Assembly: GCA_950097015.1 (NCBI GenBank)
Contig: CATNEN010000030.1
Coordinates: 2,232,001 to 2,296,000, forward strand
DNA from: Macrostomum hystrix
Taxonomy: Eukaryota; Animalia; Platyhelminthes
DNA length: 64,000 bases
Reading direction: 5' to 3'
The notes beneath the pieces are model-generated. The model was not told where the DNA came from. It saw only the letters and a list, made by a program, of their open reading frames with translations, and did not search any database. A program made the position numbers and the translations under genes. Each line of letters begins with the position of its first letter. Position 1 is the first letter of the stretch. This document shows positions 38,001 through 51,900 of the stretch, piece by piece.

Positions 38001-39576
38001 CGATGGGATCACTGCAATCCCATCATTGTATTATTCGATGGAATCACTGCAATCCCATGATTGTATTATTCGATGGAATTACTGCAATCCCATGATTGTA
38101 TTATTCGATGGAATCACTGCAATCCCATGATTGTATTATTCGATGGAATCACTGCAATCCCATGATTGTATTATTCGATGGAATCACTGCAATCCCATGA
38201 TTGTATTATTCGATGGAATTACTGCAATCCCATGATTGTATTATTCGATGGAATCACTGCAATCCCATGATTGTATTATTCGATGGAATCACTGCAATCC
38301 CATGATTGTATTATTCGATGGAATCACTGCAATCCCATGATTGTATTATTCGATGGAATCACTGCAATCCCATGATTGTATTATTCGATGGAATCACTGC
38401 AATCCCATCATTGTATTATTCGATGGAATCACTGCAATCCCATGATTGTCTTATTCGATGGAATCACTGCAATCCCATGATTGTATTATTCGATGGAATC
38501 ACTGCAATCCCATCATTGTATTATTCGATGGAATCACTGCAATCCCATGATTGTCTTATTCGATGGAATCACTGCAATCTCATGATTGTATTATTCGATG
38601 GAATCACTGCAATCCCATGATTGTATTATTCGATGGAATCACTGCAATCCCATCATTGTATTATTCGATGGGATCACTGCAATCCCATCATTGTATTATT
38701 CGATGGAATCACTGCAATCTCATGATTGTATTATTCGATGGAATCACTGCAATCCCATGATTGTATTATTCGATGGAATCACTGCAATCCCATCATTGTA
38801 TTATTCGATGGAATCACTGCAATCCCATGATTGTATTATTCGATGGAATCACTGCAATCCCATCATTGTATTATTCGATGGAATTACTGCAATCCCATGA
38901 TTGTATTATTCGATGGAATCACTGCAATCCCATGATTGTATTATTCGATGGGATCACTGCAATCCCATCATTGTATTATTCGATGGAATCACTGCAATCC
39001 CATGATTGTATTATTCGATGGAATTACTGCAATCCCATGATTGTATTATTCGATGGAATCACTGCAATCCCATGATTGTATTATTCGATGGAATCACTGC
39101 AATCCCATCATTGTATTATTCGATGGAATCACTGCAATCCCATCATTGTATTATTCGATGGAATCACTGCAATCCCATGATTGTATTATTCGATGGAATC
39201 ACTGCAATCCCATGATTGTATTATTCGATGGAATCACTGCAATCCCATCATTGTATTATTCGATGGAATTACTGCAATCCCATCATTGTCTTATTCGATG
39301 GAATCACTGCAATCCCATCATTGTCTTAATCGATGAAATCACTGCAATCCTATTGATCCTATTTGATCATTTGCTGGAAAATAAGGGATTGTCACTAAGG
39401 CCATTGATTGCGTTTCTAGATATCCTAAGTATCCCTAGATATAACCGGCATTGTAGCCATATGTAAAGCACTTTCACTCGAAAGCGAGGCATCGACTTGG
39501 TACAGCCGTTGGTCATCGAATATTCAATGGTGTTCAAGACCGTGCGCTTCTGAGCAGCATACGCTTTGAGTCTCAG
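35050..39576 (-). CDS. Putative last two exons of an unidentified gene convergent with GCP5: LRLKAYAAQKRTVLNTIEYSMTNGCTKSMPRFRVKVLYIWLQC|RLKRRFPFLLNWEFFKKIKIYQ*
   Basis: Exon 39576-39446 (acceptor CCTGCAG, donor GTTATA, phase 2) joins 35116-35050 in frame across the 35-mer array. Splice sites are weak and the family is not recognised. Confidence 0.4.
35145..39350. repeat. Minisatellite, 35-bp unit ATTGTATTATTCGATGGAATCACTGCAATCCCATG, about 120 copies
   Basis: Period 35; the rare TATTTGATGG variant has TGATGG at 35691, 36741 and 37511 (offsets 1050 and 770 = 30 and 22 units). Confidence 0.98.
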
Positions 39577-40946
39577 CTGCAGGCGGAATCCTCCCGGACT
39601 GTCACAAGCTATCCAGATCGGCATAATTAGCTATTCTGCTTGTCTGAGTTCTGTTCTGGGCACATTGCTAGCCTTATAGCCTGCTTATTCTACCCTAGGC
39701 GGGCCAGTCTCAAGGCATTATAAATTGATCAATTCTTCAGAACACGCGCGGCTATTCTGCGCTGCTGTGCGATCTGTCTCACGCTCTGCTATACGAGAGT
39801 GAGGCGATGTTTCAGATGTACGGAGCATGTGTGTTTAGTTCACTAACGATTCACTGGTAGTTGTAATTAGCCGTCTAGTTACTCTTTACACTCATGCGTA
39901 GTCTTCAAAATCTTCACAGAAAGAAAAGCATTCTCCATATAAAATCTGTTTGCGATGATCATTCGTCCGAGAATTTTCCTGTAGACAGCCTTTATATAAG
40001 ATCCCCTTTTGAACCCTGGAAACTGTATCAAAAAGCTGTCTAAGGAGCCTTTCCCTTACTAAAGTAGCTAAGCAGCTCAAAGAGGGCCGCGAGACTGAGC
40101 GCCATTACAAATTTGAGGCAAAGATGAGATCTAAAAGGCAAGGCACAGCGCAGATTTCAGATACGGGCCGTCCCGCATTCTCGTCTTCTGCCGAGGATTT
40201 CTGGGATAATCAAAGCGTAAAATGCGCGCCCGTCACTCCGGGATGGAGATCTTTCGAATCGCTTGCATCCTCAGATTCTGTGAGGATCGCCCTCAGCAGT
40301 ACTGTTACATCCCTAAGCGAGAGGGCGGGTCCAGTGGCGCGGACAGGATATAAGCCATGCAAAGCCTGCCTCTCCACTCCCTGAGTCCGTCTGCTAATCC
40401 CCTCACATAGGCTTTCCCTTTCTGGGCCGCGGGGTGGGGTTTGCATCGAGGTTTGATTTTTTTGTGTCTCGAAATCAAGAAGAGATCGGAGAGGGAGCAG
40501 TCAGAAGCGGACTGATAGCGAGGCCAGAAGGAGCTCAGATTAAAGGCTAAAGGGAGATTCGGCGGGGGGTTTAGGGATGGGGTCCGGTGATCGCTAACAA
40601 ATATGAATTCAGCCGACAAAGACTCAGGCATTGAGTGCTATGAGACGTTAGTAGTTATCTCTAAACTGCCTAACCGAAGATTCCATTTCAGATCAACCGC
40701 TTATGCAATTTTCCCCAATATCTCACCAGAATATGCCTGTCTGCTCATTCCTCCCCCATCATGCAGATTCTTCGTTTAATTCAGCTGTCAGTGAGTTCTG
40801 TCATCCCAAATCCAGAAGGCTCTGACAAACTAAATAGTTGGCCCCATTAGGATCTCAGTTTTTTCTAATAAGTAGGTCGGTTTTATATCAAGCGATAGTG
40901 AGCGCTGTTTGAAGAGATCCTAGCTTTCACCTAAAAAACCTGTGAA

Positions 40947-42125
40947 ATGTACAGATTAGAGCCTTCACCAACTCAAAAGAATGTACTAACAGGAGCCTTC
41001 ACCAACTCAAAAGAATGTACTAACAGGATCCTTCAACTCAAAAGAATGTACAGATTGGAGCATTCACCAACTCAAAAGAATGTACTAACAGGAGCCTTCA
41101 CCAACTCAAAAGAATGTACTAACAGGATCCTTCAACTCAAAAGAATGTACAGATTGGAGCATTCACCAACTCAAAAGAATGTACTAACAGGAGCCTTCAC
41201 CAACTCAAAAGAATGTACTAACAGGAGCCTTCACGAACTCAAAATAATGTACTAACAGGAGCCTTCACCAACTCAAAAGAATGTACTAACAGGAGCCTTC
41301 ACCAACTCAAAAGAATGTACTAACAGGAGCCTTCACCAACTCAAAATAATGTACAGATTGACCTTCACCAACTCAAAAGAATGTACAGATTGGCCTTCAC
41401 CAACTCAAAAGAGTGTACAGATTGGCCTTCACTAACTCAAAAGAGTGTACAGATTGGCCTTCACCAACTCAAAAGAGTGTACAGATTGGCCTTCACCAAC
41501 TCAAAAGAATGTATAGATTAGCCTTCACCAACTCAAAAGAGTGTACAGATTGGCCTTCACCAACTCAAAATAGTGTATAGATTAGCCTTCACCAACTCAA
41601 AAGAGTGTATAGATTAGCCTTCACCAACTCAAAAGAATGTACAGATTGGCCTTCACCAACTCAAAAGAGTGTATAGATTAGCCTTCACCAACTCAAAAGA
41701 ATGTTTAGATTGGCCTTCACCAACTCAAAAGAATGTATAGATTAGCCTTCACCAACTCAAAAGAGTGTATAGATTAGCCTTCACCAACTCAAAAGAATGT
41801 ATAGATTGGCCTTCACCAACTCAAAAGAATGTACAGATTGGCCTTCACCAACTCAAAAGAGTGTATAGATTAGCCTTCACCAACTCAAAAGAGTGTACAG
41901 ATTGGCCTTCACCAACTCAAAAGAATGTATAGATTAGCCTTCACCAACTCAAAAGAATGTACAGATTGGCCTTCACCAACTCAAAAGAGTGTACAGATTG
42001 GCCTTCACCAACTCAAAAGAATGTATAGATTAGCCTTCACCAACTCAAAAGAATGTACAGATTGGCCTTCACCAACTCAAAAGAGTGTACAGATTGGCCT
42101 TCACCAACTCAAAAAGAATGTACTA
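40947..42125. repeat. Minisatellite with two unit types: 34-bp GCCTTCACCAACTCAAAAGAATGTACTAACAGGA (left) and 32-bp GCCTTCACCAACTCAAAAGAATGTACAGATTG (right)
   Basis: GCCTTC at 41649 and 41681; unit type switches near 41350. Confidence 0.96.
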
Positions 42126-42391
42126 ATTGGAACCTTTACCAATCCAAGAGGCTGCAGAGATTTCTGACTTAACAAATCATTAACTGACCTAGATAACAAT
42201 CCTGCATTCATCGCATATTTTTTTCAAGAAATCGTCATTTAGGATTTTCGTTGTGCTGTTTGCCTGTCTACTGCTCTACTTACTTGCGCGAGCGCTGCTA
42301 GTTAATGGGTGCAGATGTTTATACTAAGTAATTACTTTAAATAATGAGCTTGTGAAAGGACAGAGCAAAGTTGGAAAGATAAACTTTCCCT

Positions 42392-42751
42392 CTAGTCTCC
42401 GCTGTTAGCCCATCTCTGTAAGAGTCTCTCGAAATCCTGCAGGCTTCTCAAATTCTCCGAATAATTTTTCCCGAAGCGTCTCTCCTTCAACAAGCAGAAG
42501 CAGGACAGTGTGTCACGCAATCTCCTGATATAGACAGGGGAGCCGGGCGAGGGTGGGTAAATAGACTGAAATTTTCTCAATACAAAAAACAGCGATGAAA
42601 AGCTATTCGAGGGCTGCAGCAGCAGCAGCATGAAGGTCCGGATCTGCTCAACCCGCGCACACAGCTCCGGAAGGATGTTAGCTTGGGCGGAGGTTTTTGC
42701 TTTCGGTCGCTGGCAGCAATGGCGCAGGCTTTTAATCGGCTTTTTTCTCTT
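42392..42751 (-). CDS. Exon-like open frame (KRKKPIKSLRHCC...ELCARVEQIRTFMLLLLQP...LQDFERLLQRWANSGD*), possibly part of the same minus-strand gene
   Basis: About 120 codons open directly after AAATTTAG; GC-rich relative to flanks. No in-phase donor was found. Confidence 0.3.
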   Translation of the reverse strand, partial: KRKKPIKSLRHCCQRPKAKTSAQANILPELCARVEQIRTFMLLLLQPSNSFSSLFFVLRKFQSIYPPSPGSPVYIRRLRDTLSCFCLLKERRFGKNYSENLRSLQDFERLLQRWANSGD

Positions 42752-45624
42752 CTAAATTTGTGTCCCGCATAATCATGACCCGATTTCCCATGTCTGCCAC
42801 TGACCTGCCCACCCCCACTTCACTAGTTTGGCTTCGTATACATTGAGAAGTGTGTCGCCTCATTTCTACTGCATTAGAGAGGCCTGGACTCGCATTGAGA
42901 CAAACTCTATTAAAGTTCATTCAAAGCTTCCCATGCTTTGAAAACTAGAACTTAAAACAATTATAGCTTATGTTTAGCATATATTTTGAACAGGTGTATC
43001 ACAGGTCACGCCGAGTCAGAGCGAGTTTCGATGAGGTTCGCCAGCATCACATGGACGCGCACAGCAAAAAGAAAGAGTTTGTCAGTTGGTATAAAAGATT
43101 ATTATAAGCTTTTGTGGCCTAAATCTACAGTAAAAGTACCAATGGATTAAATGTACTTAGCTAGTCTATTGCATGAAAAAATCAAAGCGCTTAAAAATCT
43201 ATCTCTAATTATCTAATTGAATAGATGTACTTTAAAACAAAGGTGAATAACGGGAAAGCTTTGAGCCAAATTCGTAAAACAGCTGTTACCGAGACTAGAT
43301 GAAAAAGCTGGTGATAATACAGTACATGCACTATTATACTGGCAATCTAAGAGCACATGCTTTGATCAGCTGTTTTAGCAGTGAGATATATGAGGTATAG
43401 GATAGGATCCATGGAGTGCAAGGATCACACTCTTAATTAAACGAACTACGACATTATCAATATACGATTCTAAATAAATTCCATGCACCATATGGCAAGC
43501 GTTTTTATGAAAATCAACAAGAAATGTTAAAATAACAAAGTGCAAATTCGCTAAATCATTGTGCAATAACTATTTACAGATTATTATGCTTGAATCACGA
43601 AATACAGACCAAAATTAGCAAAAATAATGCATCTTATTTTAGCTGTTTTTCTGAAACTAAAGGTACTAAAGTATTATCAATTGGGCCTGCTGCATCATTA
43701 AATCTATCTTTTGTTAATTGGACTAAAGTTAAAATACGAGTAAATTAGCGACGACGTCTGTAATTGTCACTTTATTATCATAAGTCAGCTGGTCTTCATA
43801 CATTTCCTGCTGACACAGACTCCGTGGCGTGGTGTCTTAGCTTCTAGAAGACTCGATTATGACATCATCCGTTGCTTCTTGAACCTGCAGAATGTTTTTA
43901 TTAAGAATTGCATTGTTAATAAGATGTGACATACTTCAGTCTAAACTGTTCGCGACTGTCAATAAATGTTAAATGAATGTATTATAAAGCTTTCAACTGA
44001 TCCACCTGTCCAAATTGTGACGCAGATTATAACTGCAGGCAGCATGCTCAACTGTTCCCTTGAAAAAACGATTGCATTATGGTCCATTGGAACAAGCGAA
44101 AAAGCGTGAGCTCTATAATAGTCAGATGCACCAAAAGAAGCTGGGAGCAATGGCCCCATCAGTCTGTCTCCATGCCGACTAATGGACTAGCGGAGAGGTG
44201 GCTCGATTCGCAGAGGTAGGAAAGCGATTCTCGGAACTAAAATACCGATGAATAGAAATTTGGACTGGATACTGCTGGCCAAGCAGTGAAAAAACTGCGA
44301 GAAGCGGACGAAAAAGCAGCGGGCCATTCTCTTTATCTGCTTGCTTCTTTTATGCTAATCTCCGCTGAGCACAAGCCGGGGAGCATTGTGCCCGCCTGCT
44401 GATTGGAATTCGGATTCATTAAGAAAATGCGAATTTCCCCTGGCAGCCCGCAGTCTGATGAACGAGTCAGCGCCGAATAGAATTAGAAAGTGATTGAGTT
44501 TTCTCTCCTCATTGGCGGGAATATTGCGACTTAAATGAGACTTAATAAAATTTGGGTCTAAAGGGATTTTGTGTAAAGGGTAATGAGTAATGAGTCTCGC
44601 ATAAGATGACCGTCCTGGGTTCGATTCCGCACCTGGGCCATATTCAAATTTATATCATCAAATTTTGTACATACTAACTTTAGGAATGATAGTGATCGAT
44701 AAAACGGATATTCACATTTATAAATACCGTTCATATTCATATTGTCATTGGTTTTTAGCTTATATTTAATTCGCTTGGTGACTTAGAGTTGGGATTAAAA
44801 ATGGGGAATATTAGTCGGCGATCAACGGCGACTTAAGTTAGGCTCACATTTTTTACTTTAAAAAAGTTAATTTTCTCACCTCAAGGAATGCAAGAAAATG
44901 TGTGAAGAAAGCTAACGCGACTATATGGAAGCCAGAAAAAATATGATGCATGAGTCCAACTCCATCAGTTTCCCACGCCAAGAGGGGAAATTGCCACGGC
45001 CTCCACCTTCCCAGCTGTCAGTCTTGACGGGCCGCCACTTTTAAACTATTTTCTAGGGCTCTCCCGCTGCTGCTGCTGCTGCTGCTGATGCAGACTCGCT
45101 GCTGAGTTCACGCGGTGACGGGGGAAGCTGTATCTGACCCCCCCAACACACACACAAAACTTTTCCCGCAGCCCAGCGCACCACCTTCGCTTTCTTCCCT
45201 GGCAGTGACTTCCTCTCCTCCAAGCCGTCATCCCCTATCCCAATTGTTGTGTCGCCTAAAATCCCTAAATTCCGATTCCTTGAAGCTTGGAGTTTGGGAA
45301 GTTTGGGAAACCTGCGGTGGCTGCAGCGCTTGGGATCAAGTTGTCCATCGATCTACTCTCTCCTCACTCGCACTACGTATACTCAGCTCCCACTCGACAG
45401 CCTTGGCCCTGTGAGAGCGCGAAGCCTGCAGGCTACTGTTTATTGAACCCGCCTTGTCATGCAGCTGAGCGATGCAATGAGTCACACGCAAGGACTCTAG
45501 GAATGAAAATGTCTTACCTAACCAAGTCTTTCAGCCAGTAAATCCATCAAAGTTGTATGCTTGTAGTTATTTGCTTTGACAAAAATGCTATATAAAATTG
45601 TTTGACGGAATGTGACCGAGCTCT

Positions 45625-46110
45625 CCCATCTCGACACCCATTCTGTATCCATCCCATCTCCTATCCTCTCTCGCATCCTATCTCCCATTCTCTCTCCAAT
45701 CCCATCTCCCATTCTCTCTCCTAATCCCATCTCCCCTTCTCTGTTCCATCCCATCTCCCATTCTCTGTGACTGTTCCATCCCATCTCCCATTCTCTCCTT
45801 AATCCCATCTCCCATTCTCTCTCCAATCCCATCCCCCATTCTCTCCTTAATCCCATCTCCCATTCTCTCTCCCATCCCATCTCCCATTCTCTCCTTAATC
45901 CCATCTCTCATTCTCTCTCCCATCCCATCTCCCATTCTCTCCTTAATCCCATCTCCCATTCTCTCTCCAATCCCATCCCCCATTCTCTCCTTAATCCCAT
46001 CTCTCATTCTCTCTCCCATCCCATCTCCCATTCTCTCTCCAGTCCCATCTCCTATTATCTCCTTAATCCCGTCTCCCATTCTCCCTCCCATCCTATCGTT
46101 CACCCCCATC
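45625..46110. repeat. Degenerate CT-rich 24-bp repeat CCCATCTCCCATTCTCTCCTTAAT
   Basis: The 8-aa periodicity (GDGIKERM) of the antisense pseudo-ORF confirms a 24-bp period. Confidence 0.92.
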
Positions 46111-48946
46111 CCACTGTTCCAGTAGGAAGTAAATTGTGCCTAATCAGAGGTTCTGCATGCTAGCTATTAAAGCGTGGTAATTTATTCTACTAGCGTGAGC
46201 ATAGCCTCAAGCGGCACTCATGAAGCTATAGGCTTCCAATTTGTTACGAATCGATTCGTAAATAAACCCGAAGCATAGACTCAAGTCAATAAAGTGGAGT
46301 TCTGTGCCTAACTTAAGCACTGTGCTCACCTATCCAGGTGAAGCTGGATAGTGATGAAATCTCGCTAGGATCGAAATTCGCATTAAATCTGACACCATGT
46401 GAGGCGATGCTGCAGCATGCACAACTTTTTCAGCTGCCATAGCAGTCCTGACAGCCCTCCCCGATCTGTCTGTATCTCTTTTGCGTTCGGAGCCTCGGGT
46501 CATTCACGCACACGAGAGCATGGCTACTAAGGCGGTAAGAGGAGGCGGGATTAAAGGCGCGAGAGGCAGCTGAAGTGCAAGCATAATTCACCACCCCCTT
46601 AAGCCACTATTTCGCACCCATTCTTTTTATTCCCCAAATGCTGCTTAGCTCACGTTCGAAGTCCCCGCAGAGACGAGACGTGATGCAGAGCCCTGTCTCC
46701 TTACTTACCCACTCGCGTGCGCTCTCAGCGATCTTAATCCTCGTCTTTTTCATTTTTTTGGGGGGAACGGCTTTGTTGCTGCCGATAAGCAGTGCCAGCG
46801 ACTCAGCGAGACGGGGAATCTGTGAGTCTGTGGACTCTTTACCCGAGGCGAAGGTGGTGGTCTGTCTGTCCCGCTCCAGATGGGAGCGAAAGAGGCAGAG
46901 AGTGTGGCTATAATAGGCGGGGCTAACTCACTCGCGCTGTGTGTTAAGCAGCTTTGGAGTAGGCGGGGATGGAGCTGGAGGGAGAGGCACACCCTGCCTC
47001 CATCGCCAGCTTCCAGCATAAAAAAGTTAGGCACTGACCGAAACTAACTAACTATAAAGTTAGCCGTGCAAGGCCGGTTGGCTAATGGAAGTGTATGAGC
47101 TGGCCCAGTGAAAGTTGGAGATGAGCTGTTATGTGGCCAGCAATCTGATCAGGTAGCATACAAAGTTTACTCAGGCTCCATGCAGGCAGGTGGTCAGTCA
47201 AACTATGCTCTGGCCATCGTTCTACGGCTATAGTCTACGGAGATGGATTAGGGATAGATCCACTTACCCATCTCGCTGCTCCCAGTGATGAAAACGCTGC
47301 TCTGATTTCAGGAAAACAATAATGACAAAGCTATACTAGCGTGTTGGGGCGAAAGTTGCAGAGCTTCGAACTGGAGCAGTGTCTGGGCTGCTCGGTGCTG
47401 CGGGATCTCGGTGGCAAGGGGGGCAGAGGGGAACTACGGGACACAGCTGAGGCGAATCTGGGCGGCCCAGAAGCCAATTAAGCCGCGGATGCTGGGTGTG
47501 TGGGGGGGATAGACTGAGTGCTCCCAGCTCCCCGATGGGGCGCGGGAGTTTTTATGAGTCTCCCGGGTGGTTGGGAAGGGGCAGTAGGAGGGGCGTCCCG
47601 CTGCCCCCCCCACCCGGTCAGCGAAGGCGGCCGCAAGCCGCATTGGCTCCTGTATGCATGGAGCAGCCCGTTCAATAATACGAGCTGCCCACACAGCCAC
47701 ACACACACACACTTTCTTTGAGCTGGCGCCAACTCATGCATACATGCTGGAGCCTTTCCGGGCGAGCTTTGAAGAGAAAAAACTGAACTGGATTGAATGG
47801 AAGCTTTTTTCCCCCAATTCTCAGTTGGCGGGTTTTTTGGTCCCTTTCCCTTCCTCGCCGACCCGCCGAGCATGCGGACGCGGCGGCGGAGGCGGCCCCT
47901 GTTGTGGAGGTGTCGATGAGAAGGGTACGGAGACTTTGGCCAAGAAATGAAATTTCCTGCACAGCCTCGCTCTCAGCCACTCTCTCCAATTGCTCTCCGC
48001 TGAGCTGAATTCTACGGTTTCCACGCGAATTTCTCAGCAGCGCCGGGGCCATTGCTTAAGCCTCCTTTATCCCCAGCGGGACTTCAAGGGTAAGAAGAGG
48101 CCGGTACGGACAGAAGCGAAAGAAAAAGGAGAAACGGTCAGGGCAGTGCTCGGATTGGAATTTGTTGAATTTATGGTGCTGCCAACTCTATACAGTTCTG
48201 CTCGGGCTTAGGAAACATTGCCTATGGTTGCATGATAAAAAGCCAAATTTATGACTGCATGCTCACGAGTGTAGGTGGCTTTGACAAATTATCTGTTGCC
48301 AAGTTATACAAGCAATAGTTTCCACTACTTTATTTTAAATACAACGTAGCTAATTGCACATCGTTAGTGCATGGCTAAGCATAAATTAATGCAAGCGGCA
48401 TACTGCGCTTCGGAACTCCATCAAACTGTAACAACCATGTAGATTCTGCATTAATGATTCACGACCCCGCTTTCCCCTCCCTGACCTCCTCCAGTCCTAC
48501 AGGCCAGGTATTTATGCTTAGCTAATTCCTCTAGCCAAGTATTTCTCCGCTTCATGCGTCTGAGAGGATCTCACTGCTCATACGGGCCATACATCAGTCA
48601 GTGCGTCATTAATTAATTGACTTCTTTCTTGAGTTCGCCTCGGAAAAGGGTGAGAAAGGCTGCTGCTGCTGCTGCTGCTAGAAGGAACTCAGGGCTGAGT
48701 TGGCAGAATTTGACTTCATTTCTTGTCAAGAAGGAAAGAACCGGCGATCAGCTCACGGAAGCCTATTTGGCAGATTGATTCAATGTTTTTACCGTCCTAG
48801 CCCAGTGCTGCTACCGCTGCTAAAGCAACTGGAGCAGCTGCAGCGTTTGAATCAGACAAACCGCTTCAACAAAATTTACATCTCAATTATTAAATACCAA
48901 TCAGGCAAGCAGCGGCACGGAAGATAAATCTGGGAAGCAGAATTAT

Positions 48947-51900
48947 TGAGCCTGAGTCAATGAGGCTGAGTCAATGAGGCTGAATCAATGAGCCTGAGTC
49001 AATGAGGCTGAGTCAATGAGCCTGAGTCAATGAGCCTGAGTCAATGAGCCCGAATCAATGAGCCTGAATCAATGAGCCTGAGTCAATGAGGCTGAGTCAA
49101 TGAGCCTGAATCAATGAGCCTGAGTCAATGAGGCTGAATCAATGAGGCTGAGTCAATGAGCCTGAGTTAATGAGGCTGAGTCAATGAGGCTGAATCAATG
49201 AGGCTGAGTCAATGAGGCTGAGTCAATGAGCCTGAATCAATGAGGCTGAGTCAATGAGGCTGAATCAATGAGGCTGAATCAATGAGCCTGAGTCAATGAG
49301 GCTGAATCAATGAGGCTGAGTCAATGAGGCTGAGTCAATGAGCCTGAATCAATGAGGCTGAGTCAATGAGGCTGAGTCAATGAGCCTGAGTCAATGAGCC
49401 CGAATCAATGAGCCTGAATCAATGAGCCTGAGTCAATGAGGCTGAGTCAATGAGGCTGAATCAATGAGGCTGAATCTATGAGGCTGAGTCAATGAGGCTG
49501 AATCAATGAGGCTGAGTCTATGAGGCTGAGTCAATGAGGCTGAGTCAATGAGGCTGAATCAATGAGGCTGAATCAATGAGGCTGAATCAATGGGGCTGAA
49601 TCAATGAGGCTGAATCAATGAGCCCGAATCAATGAGACTGAGTCAATGAGGCTGAATCAATGAGCCCGAATCAATGAGACTGAGTCAATGAGGCTGAGTC
49701 AATGAGGCTGAATCAATGAGCCTGAGTCAATGAGGCTGAGTCAATGAGGCTGAATCAATGAGCCCGAATCAATGAGGCTGAGTCAATGAGCCTGAATCAA
49801 TGAGGCTGAGTCAATGAGGCTGAGTCAATGAGCCTGAGTCAATGAGCCCGAATCAATGAGACTGAGTCAATGAGGCTGAGTCAATGAGGCTGAATCAATG
49901 AGGCTGAATCAATGGGGCTGAATCAATGAGGCTGAATCAATGAGCCTGAATCAATGAGGCTGAGTCAATGAGGCTGAATCAATGAGCCCGAATCAATGAG
50001 GCTGAGTCAATGAGCCTGAATCAATGAGGCTGAGTCAATGAGGCTGAGTCAATGAGCCCGAATCAATGAGCCTGAATCAATGAGGCTGAGTCAATGAGGC
50101 TGAGTCAATGAGCCTGAATCAATGAGCCTGAGTCAATGAGGCTGAGTCAATGAGCCTGAATCAATGAGGCTGAGTCAATGAGGCTGAGTCAATGAGCCTG
50201 AGTCAATGAGCCCGAATCAATGAGCCTGAATCAATGAGCCTGAGTCAATGAGGCTGAGTCAATGAGGGCTGAATCAATGAGGCTGAATCTATGAGGCTGA
50301 GTCAATGAGGCTGAATCAATGAGGCTGAGTCTATGAGGCTGAGTCAATGAGGCTGAGTCAATGAGGCTGAATCAATGAGGCTGAATCAATGAGGCTGAAT
50401 CAATGGGGCTGAATCAATGAGGCTGAATCAATGAGGCTGAGTCAATGAGCCTGAGTCAATGAGCCCGAATCAATGAGACTGAGTCAATGAGGCTGAGTCA
50501 ATGAGGCTGAATCAATGAGGCTGAATCAATGGGGCTGAATCAATGAGGCTGAATCAATGAGCCTGAGTCAATGAGGCTGAGTCAATGAGGCTGAATCAAT
50601 GAGCCCGAATCAATGAGGCTGAGTCAATGAGCCTGAATCAATGAGGCTGAGTCAATGAGGCTGAGTCAATGAGCCCGAATCAATGAGCCTGAATCAATGA
50701 GGCTGAGTCAATGAGGCTGAGTCAATGAGCCTGAATCAATGAGCCTGAGTCAATGAGGCTGAGTCAATGAGCCTGAATCAATGAGGCTGAGTCAATGAGG
50801 CTGAGTCAATGAGCCTGAGTCAATGAGCCCGAATCAATGAGCCTGAATCAATGAGCCTGAGTCAATGAGGCTGAGTCAATGAGGCTGAATCAATGAGGCT
50901 GAATCTATGAGGCTGAGTCAATGAGGCTGAATCAATGAGGCTGAGTCTATGAGGCTGAGTCAATGAGGCTGAGTCAATGAGGCTGAATCAATGAGGCTGA
51001 ATCAATGAGGCTGAATCAATGGGGCTGAATCAATGAGGCTGAATCAATGAGCCTGAATCAATGAGACTGAGTCAATGAGGCTGAATCAATGAGCCCGAAT
51101 CAATGAGACTGAGTCAATGAGGCTGAGTCAATGAGGCTGAATCAATGAGCCTGAGTCAATGAGGCTGAATCAATGAGGCTGAATCAATGAGCCCGAATCA
51201 ATGAGGCTGAGTCAATGAGCCTGAATCAATGAGGCTGAGTCAATGAGGCTGAGTCAATGAGCCTGAGTCAATGAGCCCGAATCAATGAGACTGAGTCAAT
51301 GAGGGCTGAGTCAATGAGGCTGAATCAATGAGGCTGAATCAATGGGGCTGAATCAATGAGGCTGAATCAATGAGCCTGAGTCAATGAGGCTGAGTCAATG
51401 AGGCTGAATCAATGAGCCCGAATCAATGAGGCTGAGTCAATGAGCCTGAATCAATGAGGCTGAGTCAATGAGGCTGAGTCAATGAGCCCGAATCAATGAG
51501 CTGAATCAATGAGGCTGAGTCAATGAGGCTGAGTCAATGAGCCTGAATCAATGAGCCTGAGTCAATGAGGCTGAGTCAATGAGGCTGAATCAATGAGCCT
51601 GAGTCAATGAGCCTGAGTCAATGAGGCTGAGTCAATGAGCCTGAGTCAATGAGGCTGAATCAATGAGGCTGAGTCAATGAGGCTGAGTCAATGAGCCTGA
51701 GTCAATGAGGCTGAATCAATGAGGCTGAATCAATGAGCCTGAGTCAATGAGGCTGAGTCAATGAGGCTGAATCAATGAGGCTGAGTCATGAGGCTGAGTC
51801 AATGAGCCTGAATCAATGAGGCTGAGTCAATGAGGCTGAGTCAATGAGCCTGAGTCAATGAGCCCGAATCAATGAGCCTGAATCAATGAGCCTGAGTCAA

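Noticed and set aside
35296-39466. Repeated MYYSMESLQSH ORFs
   Set aside because: Translations of the 35-bp array, with frequent stops.
45518-46109. MGDGIKER / EWEMG repeat ORFs
   Set aside because: Antisense translation of the CT-rich 24-bp repeat.
46351-46392. C/D-box snoRNA-like GTGATGA...CTGA (also hammerhead-like TGATGA..GAAA)
   Set aside because: Too short, no terminal stem, no recognisable rRNA-complementary guide; the hammerhead core lacks the C and the closing pair.
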